Source: Polyangiaceae bacterium
GTDB taxonomy: Bacteria > Myxococcota_A > Polyangia > Polyangiales > Polyangiaceae
Direction of reading: 5' to 3'
DNA length: 64,000 nucleotides
Assembly: GCA_050287085.1 (NCBI GenBank)
Contig: JBNKBE010000005.1
Coordinates: forward strand, 32,001 to 96,000
The translations under genes were made by a program, and so were the position numbers. Positions 49,698 to 58,274 of the stretch are shown in pieces. Position 1 is the stretch's first letter. Each line of letters opens with the position of its first letter. A model generated the notes under the pieces. It saw nothing but the letters and a program-made list of their open reading frames with translations, searched no databases and had not been told where the DNA came from.

Positions 49698-50534
49698 ATG
49701 TCGCGTGAGCTGCCGTTGGAGGCCGAAGACTTCGAGAAGTACTACCGCTACACACCGGCCGCACTAGCCATTCGCGAGGTCGTGCGACTGCGGGCCGTGC
49801 GCCGCCTCGGACTGAGCGGACCGATCCTCGATGTGGGGTGTGGGGACGGGTTGTTCGCGCGGCTTGCGTATCCAGAGCAGCAAAGCTGGGGGATAGACAT
49901 CAATCCGTCCGAGGTCCAGAGAGCCCAGAAGAGCAAAAGCTACGGCACGCTCATCTGCGGCAACATTTGCGACGTGCATCTGCCGACGGGCTTTTTCGAG
50001 AGCGCTATCGCCAACTGCAGCTTGGAGCACGTTCCCGACATTTCAGGTGCGCTCAGCACCATCTTTCACGCGCTCCGTCCAGGCGGTACCTTCATCATGA
50101 TCGTTCCGACACCGGACTGGGACCAGAAGTTGCTCATCCCAGAGTGGCTCTCCAAACTGGGCCTGAGAGGCGCCGCGCGCGCCTATGGCGATGGCCTGAA
50201 CAACATCTTCAATCACATCCATCTCTACCCCCAGAAGCGCTGGGAGGAGCTGCTTTGCGGAATCGGCTTCACCACAGAGCGCTGCGAAGAAATCGCTTTG
50301 CGCGACACGTCCTGGGCGTTTGACGTAATGCTGTATCCGAGTCTCCTTGGACTGCTCGTAAGAAAGCTCACCGGTCGTTGGGTGCTGGCGCCCTTTCTTC
50401 GCCCGCTTTCCGCCGATCTTACGCGCAAGGTGATCGATGCAATAGGCCGTGCCGTGCACGAGACCGACGGTGCGGCGGAATTCATGTTCGTCTGTCGCAA
50501 ACCGCTAGCCACCGAGAAAGCTCCGGCGGCATGA
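49698..50534 (+). CDS. Class I SAM-dependent methyltransferase
   Basis: ILDVGCGDG, GIDI, NCSLEHVPD, LRPGG. Confidence 0.9.
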   Translation: MSRELPLEAEDFEKYYRYTPAALAIREVVRLRAVRRLGLSGPILDVGCGDGLFARLAYPEQQSWGIDINPSEVQRAQKSKSYGTLICGNICDVHLPTGFFESAIANCSLEHVPDISGALSTIFHALRPGGTFIMIVPTPDWDQKLLIPEWLSKLGLRGAARAYGDGLNNIFNHIHLYPQKRWEELLCGIGFTTERCEEIALRDTSWAFDVMLYPSLLGLLVRKLTGRWVLAPFLRPLSADLTRKVIDAIGRAVHETDGAAEFMFVCRKPLATEKAPAA

Positions 50535-51250
50535 CCTGGCATTCACCCAGAAACAGCCGCTCTGTCGAGGCCAGCACCAGCGCGCAGCCCCCCTCTAGCG
50601 ACGCAGCGGCCCCCTACTTTCAGAACCATACCAGACGCGACAAGTTCCCCTGGTCTCTCTACCACAAGGATCTCGAGCGCCGAGTTGCGCGCGCGCTGGC
50701 ACATCAAGGCGCAGCCCCGCGGGTTCTCGTCGTAGGGTGTGGCCTCGAGCCTTTCGTGCCTGGAGGCCCCGAGCGGGCGGAGTATTCCGGTTGCGACGTC
50801 GATGCCCGAGCGATCACCCGCTGTCGCGAGCTCTATCCACACATGGCCGAGCGCCTGCACGTTTGCCCCGATGGCTACACACTCTTCGACGCGCCAATCC
50901 CAGCTCCCTTCGACGTAGTCGTCGCCAAGGAGGTTATCGAACACACGCTCGAACCGGAGCGCTGGGCGCGCGCGCTGTGTGCCGTCATCCGTCCAGGAGG
51001 TGCGCTCATTCTGACCACGCCCAACTACAGCCGTCTTTCGACCCTAGGGCTGCTCGAACGCACCGTGCTCGAATGGGTCGCTCGACGCGACGGCTACTCG
51101 CGCTCCGACATTCATCCTTCTCGTTTCAACCCTCGCACGCTGCGCGCTCTAGATCTCGGCGTAGATATGCAGCTGCTGAACGTTGAGGTCACGTGGAATA
51201 ACTGGGCTCTCGTAGGCCTCTGGAAACGACGCGAAGGGGCCCGCGACTAG
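50531..51250 (+). CDS. Class I SAM-dependent methyltransferase (UbiG-like)
   Basis: VLVVGCG, GCDVD, FDVVVAKEVIEH, IRPGGALILTTPN; ATGA overlap with the preceding gene. Confidence 0.88.
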   Translation: MTWHSPRNSRSVEASTSAQPPSSDAAAPYFQNHTRRDKFPWSLYHKDLERRVARALAHQGAAPRVLVVGCGLEPFVPGGPERAEYSGCDVDARAITRCRELYPHMAERLHVCPDGYTLFDAPIPAPFDVVVAKEVIEHTLEPERWARALCAVIRPGGALILTTPNYSRLSTLGLLERTVLEWVARRDGYSRSDIHPSRFNPRTLRALDLGVDMQLLNVEVTWNNWALVGLWKRREGARD

Positions 51251-51433
51251 TCGGGCGCTCACGCACCGTTCGACTGCCGACCTGGCCGTGTGGGTAAAAG
51301 GGCGTAGTCGTCAACTCCCACCCGACGCACTTAGGGCCCGCGGATGGGCAACCTTGATTGACGGCAAGAGGATCGGCCGGCGCAGCATGACTTTCCCGTT
51401 CGCAGGTCCTAGGCCTGAGGTACACTCCGCGTC

Positions 51434-52105
51434 ATGATCTGCGACCGAGAGCGCCTGCGCCAACTGGCTCCCACCGTCCTCCTGCTGGGGGGTGGTCTTC
51501 TGCTCCCTGCGGGCTGCGATGCGGCCAAGAAGACCGACGCCGAGACCGCCCCGATTGCGGCCCCTGAAGCACCCAAAGAGGCGTTGGGAGCGGCAGCCGC
51601 TACGCCCTCCTCCGAACAGCCGACGGCAACCCCCACCGTGGCGCGACGCAAAGCGGAAAATATCGCCGAGTTGGTGCTCAATAGCGGGCGTCGCCGCAAA
51701 CTCGAAGCGGCCTTTCCGGAGGCCCAGGGCTTCCTTGAGGTAGGTAAGCTGGAGGAAGCACTCTACAAGAAGAACATTCCACGGGGCAAGGCAGCGCTTG
51801 CGGTCAAGCGCTTCGATGCGCTAGCCAAGGGTAAGTGGGTCCTATTCGTCGGCAACGTCGGAGAAAAATCAGCTGACGGATTTCAACTCGCTGTTCGCTA
51901 CACCCCGCGCGATCCCAAAGACCCGTTTGGCCTGACGTCAAATTGGTTCCCCATCCATTTCTCCGGAGTCGAAGGGTATGTCCCCTCCGAATATGAGCCG
52001 GGGCAGCCGATCGCCGTTCTGGCTCGCTACGAGGGCAAGCAACAAACGAGCAGCGCGCGCGACGTCGTATTGTTGGGCAGCTGGGACTTTGAGGCCGTCG
52101 AATAG
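51434..52105 (+). CDS. Hypothetical lipoprotein, possible OB-fold (tRNA_anti-like)
   Basis: Lipobox LPAGC, Ala/Pro linker, and a KGKWVLFVGNV segment. Confidence 0.65.
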   Translation: MICDRERLRQLAPTVLLLGGGLLLPAGCDAAKKTDAETAPIAAPEAPKEALGAAAATPSSEQPTATPTVARRKAENIAELVLNSGRRRKLEAAFPEAQGFLEVGKLEEALYKKNIPRGKAALAVKRFDALAKGKWVLFVGNVGEKSADGFQLAVRYTPRDPKDPFGLTSNWFPIHFSGVEGYVPSEYEPGQPIAVLARYEGKQQTSSARDVVLLGSWDFEAVE

Positions 52106-52117
52106 GCTTCTCCCTGC

Positions 52118-52197
52118 GACCCTGGCGATTCAAGCGAAGGGCCCGGCGCAGCCCGGGGACCCCGGCGATTCAACCCGAGGGGCCCGGCGCAGGCCGA
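52118..52197. repeat. Imperfect direct repeat of about 40 bp, two copies, between convergent genes
   Basis: gaccctggcgattcaagcgaagggcccggcgcagcccg and gaccccggcgattcaacccgaggggcccggcgcaggccg. Confidence 0.8.
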
Positions 52198-52200
52198 ACT

Positions 52201-53004
52201 CTAGCGACGACGGCGGTGGTAGAACGCGAGACCCACAAGCCCGAGCAACATCCAAACACCCGAAGCTCGCGTGCTCCCGCCAACCGCGCGACAACCACAT
52301 GCGCCGGGCTTGTCCTGTAAATGCGCTGGCGGCGGCAGAGACTCATCTTCTTCGGGCTCGGTTGGGCCGCTTGCCCAATAGTCCTCGGACTTGGGATCCG
52401 GCGCGGACCCCTCCTCTTCAGCTTCCGACCGGCCTTCAGGCTGTTTCTCGGGCTGGGCTTTCTTCTTATTCTCAGAAAACACCATGGAGCGACGATCAAC
52501 AGGCTCGTTCTCCCCGTTGAGCGTCAGCTTGGTCGGAGCTCCTATCTTGCGCCCCGATCGCTTGTTGAAGACGGTAACCGTGTATTCCCCCGCAAAGAAC
52601 TCTCGCTCGCGAGTCAGCTCAAAAGTGAAGCGCGTACGCGAAGCAGTCTTGCCCGAAGCGGGATCTGTGAACCCCACCTCGACCGACTCGACCAGGGGTG
52701 ACTTGTTCTCGACCGGTGCTCGGCGCATCACTGGCTCGTCGTGTCCGTCCACGAGATCGCGCTCGTAAATGACCGTCGGCACGAACTCGAAACGCATCGG
52801 AACGTGAGCCACTGCGGGAGGCTTCGACATGTGAAACTCGAGGTCCACGCGCCAAGTTTCAGCTCGCTCCTCCAGCGTGGTGCGGCGCCACTTGATCGAG
52901 TCGGCCAGAGCGGTCGAAGCCACCAGTAGCGCGGCGACCAAGGCCAGCAGACCCGAGAGACGCGGCCAGAGCGGCGAAACACGTGTTGAATGGAATCCGT
53001 TCAT
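52201..53004 (-). CDS. MYXO-CTERM sorting-domain surface protein
   Basis: Signal peptide (ALA), beta-rich domain, acidic/Pro linker, and C-terminal GACGCRAVG...WMLLGLVGLAFYHRRRR. Confidence 0.88.
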   Translation of the reverse strand: MNGFHSTRVSPLWPRLSGLLALVAALLVASTALADSIKWRRTTLEERAETWRVDLEFHMSKPPAVAHVPMRFEFVPTVIYERDLVDGHDEPVMRRAPVENKSPLVESVEVGFTDPASGKTASRTRFTFELTREREFFAGEYTVTVFNKRSGRKIGAPTKLTLNGENEPVDRRSMVFSENKKKAQPEKQPEGRSEAEEEGSAPDPKSEDYWASGPTEPEEDESLPPPAHLQDKPGACGCRAVGGSTRASGVWMLLGLVGLAFYHRRRR

Positions 53005-53323
53005 TGATCCTCCAGAGGGGCTGCAACCTACACAAAAGGGCAAACGCGCGCGCCCGATTTTTGGGTGTTGGTCGGGTCTCGAGCCTCCTTGGTGCGCCGG
53101 CTGATGTTGCTGCTATCGGTCCGTCCGCAGCTCTTGCACGCTCCAGTTTTGTTGCGACTTCCGGTTTGCATGGGGAGCGGATCTGGAGCGAGCCAGCCCG
53201 GACCTGCGGCGCGACTGATGGGGCGCCCGCGCGCCGCACGCCAGCTCCGGAGCAGTGCCGACAAGAGCAGAAATTCAAGTCTAGGAAGTCGCGCCGGGCA
53301 GTACTACGACCCGAATACTCAAC

Positions 53324-54865
53324 ATGGCCAAGCCCAAGAATGCGATCCAGCCCTCCCGAAGTGAGAACTACCCCGAGTGGTACCAGCAGGTCATCGCCGC
53401 AGCCGATCTCGCGGAGGCGTCCGGGGTACGCGGCTGTATGGTGATCAAGCCCTGGGGGCTGTCCATCTGGGAGAACATCAAGCAGCACCTGGATTTGCGC
53501 TTCAAGGAGACGGGGCACAAGAACGCTTACTTCCCTCTGCTCATTCCGCTCTCCTACCTGAGCCGGGAGGCCGAACACGTCGAGGGGTTCGCGAAAGAAT
53601 GCGCCGTCATCACCCATCATCGCCTGGAAACAAGCGCAGACGGGACTCTCGTGCCCGCCGGCCCCCTCGAAGAGCCGCTCATCGTGCGCCCCACCAGCGA
53701 AACGATCATCGGAGAGAGCTTCTCTCGCTGGGTCGAGTCCCATCGCGATCTGCCTTTGCTCATCAACCAATGGGCGAACGTGTTGCGCTGGGAAATGCGT
53801 ACGCGAATGTTCCTGCGCACATCCGAATTCCTCTGGCAAGAAGGGCACACCGCGCACGCGTCCAAGGAGGAAGCGCTTGAGGAGGCTCAGCGGATGCACG
53901 CAGTCTACGCGACCTTCGCTGAATCCCAGCTCGCCATGCCAGTCATCAAGGGACGCAAGACCGTCGCGGAGCGTTTCCCTGGAGCCGACGAAACCTATAC
54001 CATCGAAGCAATGATGCAAGACCGCAAGGCACTGCAGTCTGGCACGTCGCACTTCCTGGGACAGAACTTCGCCAAGTCGAATAACATTCGCTTCACGGAC
54101 AAAGACGATCAGCTCAAGTACGCATACACGACGTCGTGGGGAGTCTCGACGCGCCTGATCGGAGGCCTGATCATGACTCATAGCGACGACGACGGCCTCA
54201 TCTGCCCCCCAGCCGTCGCGCCTGCGCATGTCGTGATACTGCCGATTACGTTTAAGGCAGACGACCCAGAACAGATCGAGCGATATTGTCAAACGCTTGC
54301 CGAGGAGCTTCGCAAACAACAATTCAACGGCCGCCCGCTGGAGGTCGAGATCGACAAGCGCGACATGGGCGGCGGGGAGAAGCTCTGGAGTTGGATCAAG
54401 CGAGGCGTGCCGTTGCGCGTAGAAGTGGGTCCCCGCGACGTTCAGGCGGACTCTGTCTTCGTTGGACGCCGCGACCAGCCTCATAAAGACAAGCGGAGCA
54501 TCAAGCGAGAAGAGTTCATCGCAACGGTGAGTGACGTGTTGCAGGCGATGCAAGACGGCCTTCTATCCAAGGCTCTGGCCTTTCGAGCGGAGCACACGCG
54601 GGTCATCAACGCGAAAGACAAGTTCATCAAGTTCTTCACGCCCCAGGCGGAGGCCCAAGGTGGCCCTACCCCCATCCACGGGGGTTTCGCGCTGGCCCAT
54701 TTCTGCGGCGATCCGGAGCTGGAAGAAAGCATCAAGAAAGAATATGGCGTGACCGTGCGGTGCATTCCAGATGCCGGGCAACTGGAAGGCACGCACGAAC
54801 CCGGCAAGTGCATCTTCACCGGCAAACCAAGCGCCGTGCGTCATCTGTTCGCCAAAGCCTATTAG
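53324..54865 (+). CDS. proS: Prolyl-tRNA synthetase, archaeal/eukaryotic type
   Basis: EWYQQVI, VRPTSETII, NQWANVLRWE, FLRTSEFLWQEGH, LQSGTSHFLGQNF, SWGVSTR, C-terminal FAKAY; no INS editing domain. Confidence 0.97.
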   Translation: MAKPKNAIQPSRSENYPEWYQQVIAAADLAEASGVRGCMVIKPWGLSIWENIKQHLDLRFKETGHKNAYFPLLIPLSYLSREAEHVEGFAKECAVITHHRLETSADGTLVPAGPLEEPLIVRPTSETIIGESFSRWVESHRDLPLLINQWANVLRWEMRTRMFLRTSEFLWQEGHTAHASKEEALEEAQRMHAVYATFAESQLAMPVIKGRKTVAERFPGADETYTIEAMMQDRKALQSGTSHFLGQNFAKSNNIRFTDKDDQLKYAYTTSWGVSTRLIGGLIMTHSDDDGLICPPAVAPAHVVILPITFKADDPEQIERYCQTLAEELRKQQFNGRPLEVEIDKRDMGGGEKLWSWIKRGVPLRVEVGPRDVQADSVFVGRRDQPHKDKRSIKREEFIATVSDVLQAMQDGLLSKALAFRAEHTRVINAKDKFIKFFTPQAEAQGGPTPIHGGFALAHFCGDPELEESIKKEYGVTVRCIPDAGQLEGTHEPGKCIFTGKPSAVRHLFAKAY

Positions 54866-54887
54866 GGCGTGGAGCGCCAAGGTCTAC

Positions 54888-57800
54888 GTGTTTGTCCCAG
54901 GCGTATATCTTCACCTGAGCCACGAGACCGAACGGCTCGTTGACAGCCTCAGCCGTGAGCTCGACACCCCCTGTGGCTCACCTCTGACGCCCGAAACAAT
55001 ACTCGTTCAGGGCCCGGGCATGGCGACCTGGCTCAGCATGCGCCTAGCCCGGAAGCGCGGCATCTGCGCGCATATGGACTACGTCTATCCACGAGCCTTC
55101 GTGTGGCGTGCTTTCTCTGCGGTGCTTGGCTCCGAAAGCATCGAAGAAGCCGCGGTAGATGAAGACCGCCTGTTTTGGCTTATCTTGGCAGAACTACCCG
55201 CATTGCTCGAACACCCGAGCTTTGCCGCGGTGAAGCGCTATGTGCGACGAGACGCTGAGGGCTTGCGGCTGTTCCAATTTGCGGAGCGCACGGCCCAGGT
55301 TTTTGACCAATACCTCATCTATCGGCCAGCGCTCATTCGCATCTGGGAAACAGGGCACGACGATGGGGCTGAAGCACACCCCTGGCAACCGCACCTATGG
55401 CGCGCGCTTAGGAAACACATTCGCGGCCACATTGCGGCTCTGGAACATCGCTTCCTCAGCGTTCTGAGAACCGACTCTGGAGCGGCCGCGGGCGCGGCCC
55501 TCCCGGAACGCATCGCGCTCTTCGCTACTACGAGCCTTCCTCCTCTATTCCTGCGGGTCATTGTCGCTTTGGCTCGCCACCGGGCCCTCCACTTCTACGC
55601 CTTCGAGCTAGATCAACAGACGGCATCGAGCGACGGCTTGAGCTCAGCTCTAGGTCAGCAAGGTCGTGACTTTCGTGCCATGCTCCTGGACGCGGTCAGC
55701 GAGTCCGAAGTTCTACTGCACAACGACGAGAACTTCACACAGCCCCCTCCGCATCAGGCCGCACAAGCGCCACCGAAGGCTCCGCACGGGTCGCTGTTGG
55801 CGGCACTCCAGGGCTCCGACGCTTTCGGCTTGGTTGAACAAGCCTCGCGAAGTCAGCGGCGTGCGCCGCGGCGAGCCAACCCCAGACAGCTGAATCTCTT
55901 TGGTGCGGCGCCCGAGGGCGCGCCGCCAGAGAGGCTTGAAAGCTCCGCGCTCCAGCGCCCACGCTTGGCTCCGAGCGATAGGTCCGTGCAGCTACATGCC
56001 TGTCATGGCGCCATGCGAGAGGTCGAAGTCCTCCGCGATCAGTTGCTCGCGTTGTTCGACCAAGATCCAACTCTGCGAGCACACGATGTCATCGTGATGA
56101 CCCCCGACGTCGATGCCTATGCGCCTTTCGTGGAGGCCGTGTTTGGTGCGAGCGCCGAAGACCGCGACTTCATCCCATATCGCATCAGCGACCGCGGAGC
56201 GCGAAGCGATAGCCCGGTGCTGGAATCGCTAGCCCGCATATTCGCCCTCGTCAATACACGGCTCAGCGCGCCTGCTGTGCTCGACCTGCTCACTCTGGCT
56301 CCCATTCAACAACGCTTCGAACTCGACGCCGGGCACCTCGGACTGCTCAGTCAGTGGGTATCGGAAAGCGGTGTCCGCTGGGGCGCCAGCGCCCAACACC
56401 GACAGGAGCACGGTCAGCCCGCAACCGAGTACAATACCTGGCAGCATGGCCTCGATCGTCTGCTGCTTGGATTCGCCTGGCCGGGACAAGGCCTGACGGA
56501 GCTAGACCAAGTTGTTCCCTATGACGAAATCGAGGGACATCATGCTGAGCTGCTTGGCCGCTTCGCTCAGCTGATCGCAACGCTATTTCACCACCTGGAG
56601 ATACTGCGCGGCCAGCACACCCTGCCCCAGTGGAGAGACGAGCTTGGCGAGTTACTCGAAGCGTTGATCGTCAAGAATCGAGATACGGAGCCGGAGCACC
56701 AGAGAGTGTCCGAGGCTCTCGCGGATCTGTGTGCGGCGGCAGAACGCGCGCACTTCCTCGGCACGTTGGATCTCCGGGGGGTGCAGCAACTCGTCGAGCG
56801 CCGGCTCGACCGCGAGGTCCCCGAGCGCGGGTTTCTCCAGAACGGGGTAACGTTCTGCGCGATGTTGCCTATGCGAACGGTGCCCTTTCGCGTGGTGTGC
56901 TTGCTTGGCATGAATGATGGTGCGTTTCCGCGCGGTCACGCTACCGTGGACTTCGACCTGGTCGCCAACGATCCCAACGGACCCAAGCTCGGCGATCGCG
57001 ATCGCCGAAGAGATGACCGTCAGCTCTTCCTAGAGGCACTTTTCGCGGCCCGCTCGCATCTGCTCATCACCTACACAGGACAGAGCATCCGCGACAACGC
57101 GAAACGTCCGCCATCAGTGGTGGTGAGCGAGCTCATCGATGCGGTCGCATGCTACCGAGATCCGGCGACCACACCCAGCAACGAGTCCGAACGCCTGCAG
57201 TTGATCACGCGCGAGCTTACTGTCTACCACCCGCTCCAAGCTTTCAGTCCACGCTACTTTGATGGCCACGACTCGCGCCTATTCAGCTATCGCTCCACCT
57301 TCGCAGAGGCCGCTGGGCTGTTGCGTGCTCGGAAAGAAGATCCCCGTCCACTCTTTCCGAGCGCCGACGCGCTGCCACCACTTCAGCCTGAAACACTGGT
57401 CGCGCTCGACGACCTCTTGGACTTCTGGCGCGCTCCGGCGCGTTCACTCTTGCGCAATCGTCTCAAACTCTCGCTCTCGGAAGAAGAGGCGCCCCTCGCG
57501 GATCGCGAACCCTTGGAGCCCAGTCCTCTCGAACGATATGCTGTCGGGGAGCGTGCACTTGCGCACGTGCTAGCCGGAGTGTCCGTTGAACACGGGGTAA
57601 CGCTCCTGCGCTCCGAAGGACGCCTCCCCCCTGGTGAATCCGGACGACTGTATTACGCAGAGCGCCGGCAATTCGTCCGCGGCCTCGCGCAAGCCGCGGA
57701 CAAACTTCGAGGGCAGCTTCCAGAGAAACACATTTCTTGTCTAGTCGACCTGAGCAGCAACCGAACCCTAGCTGGCACCGTGGACCAGGTGTTCGGCTCG

Positions 57801-58274
57801 AAACGGATCCGCCTTCAGACCGCCAACTTGAGTGGCAAGCACCTTCTATCCTTGTGGATCTCCCACTTGCTTCTCGCGAGTGCCGTTCCTGACTTGCAGA
57901 GCTTCTTGATTTCGCGAAAGACCAATCGCGTTAGCGTCTTTTCGCTTCGCTTCCCAAGCCAGTACGATAGCCACTTGCTGGAGCTCGTGAAACTGCGCGA
58001 TCTTGGTCTACAGGCGCCACTGCGCTTTCAAGTAGACGCCAGCTACGAGTACGCAACCGAGCGATGGCAAAACGGACTGAGCTCAGAAGAGGCTATCCAA
58101 AAGGTCGCAAAGAGCTATGGCTCACGCCTAATTGTGCGCCCAGCAGACGCACGCTTGTTATTGCCGGAGCCTCCCTTCCTAGAAACGGCCACCGTCGGTC
58201 CTGCTTTTGAGGAGTTGGCTGAACGCGTTTTTCGCCCGCTACTCGAACACGGGACGGAGGAGGAAGTGCTTTGA
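54888..58274 (+). CDS. recC: Exodeoxyribonuclease V gamma subunit
   Basis: PETILVQGPGMATWL, FDQYLIYRP, WQPHLW, HACHGAMREVEVLRDQL, PMRTVPFRVVCLLGMNDGAFPR, DDRQLFLEAL, HPLQAFS. Probable GTG start at 54888. Confidence 0.96.
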   Translation: MFVPGVYLHLSHETERLVDSLSRELDTPCGSPLTPETILVQGPGMATWLSMRLARKRGICAHMDYVYPRAFVWRAFSAVLGSESIEEAAVDEDRLFWLILAELPALLEHPSFAAVKRYVRRDAEGLRLFQFAERTAQVFDQYLIYRPALIRIWETGHDDGAEAHPWQPHLWRALRKHIRGHIAALEHRFLSVLRTDSGAAAGAALPERIALFATTSLPPLFLRVIVALARHRALHFYAFELDQQTASSDGLSSALGQQGRDFRAMLLDAVSESEVLLHNDENFTQPPPHQAAQAPPKAPHGSLLAALQGSDAFGLVEQASRSQRRAPRRANPRQLNLFGAAPEGAPPERLESSALQRPRLAPSDRSVQLHACHGAMREVEVLRDQLLALFDQDPTLRAHDVIVMTPDVDAYAPFVEAVFGASAEDRDFIPYRISDRGARSDSPVLESLARIFALVNTRLSAPAVLDLLTLAPIQQRFELDAGHLGLLSQWVSESGVRWGASAQHRQEHGQPATEYNTWQHGLDRLLLGFAWPGQGLTELDQVVPYDEIEGHHAELLGRFAQLIATLFHHLEILRGQHTLPQWRDELGELLEALIVKNRDTEPEHQRVSEALADLCAAAERAHFLGTLDLRGVQQLVERRLDREVPERGFLQNGVTFCAMLPMRTVPFRVVCLLGMNDGAFPRGHATVDFDLVANDPNGPKLGDRDRRRDDRQLFLEALFAARSHLLITYTGQSIRDNAKRPPSVVVSELIDAVACYRDPATTPSNESERLQLITRELTVYHPLQAFSPRYFDGHDSRLFSYRSTFAEAAGLLRARKEDPRPLFPSADALPPLQPETLVALDDLLDFWRAPARSLLRNRLKLSLSEEEAPLADREPLEPSPLERYAVGERALAHVLAGVSVEHGVTLLRSEGRLPPGESGRLYYAERRQFVRGLAQAADKLRGQLPEKHISCLVDLSSNRTLAGTVDQVFGSKRIRLQTANLSGKHLLSLWISHLLLASAVPDLQSFLISRKTNRVSVFSLRFPSQYDSHLLELVKLRDLGLQAPLRFQVDASYEYATERWQNGLSSEEAIQKVAKSYGSRLIVRPADARLLLPEPPFLETATVGPAFEELAERVFRPLLEHGTEEEVL

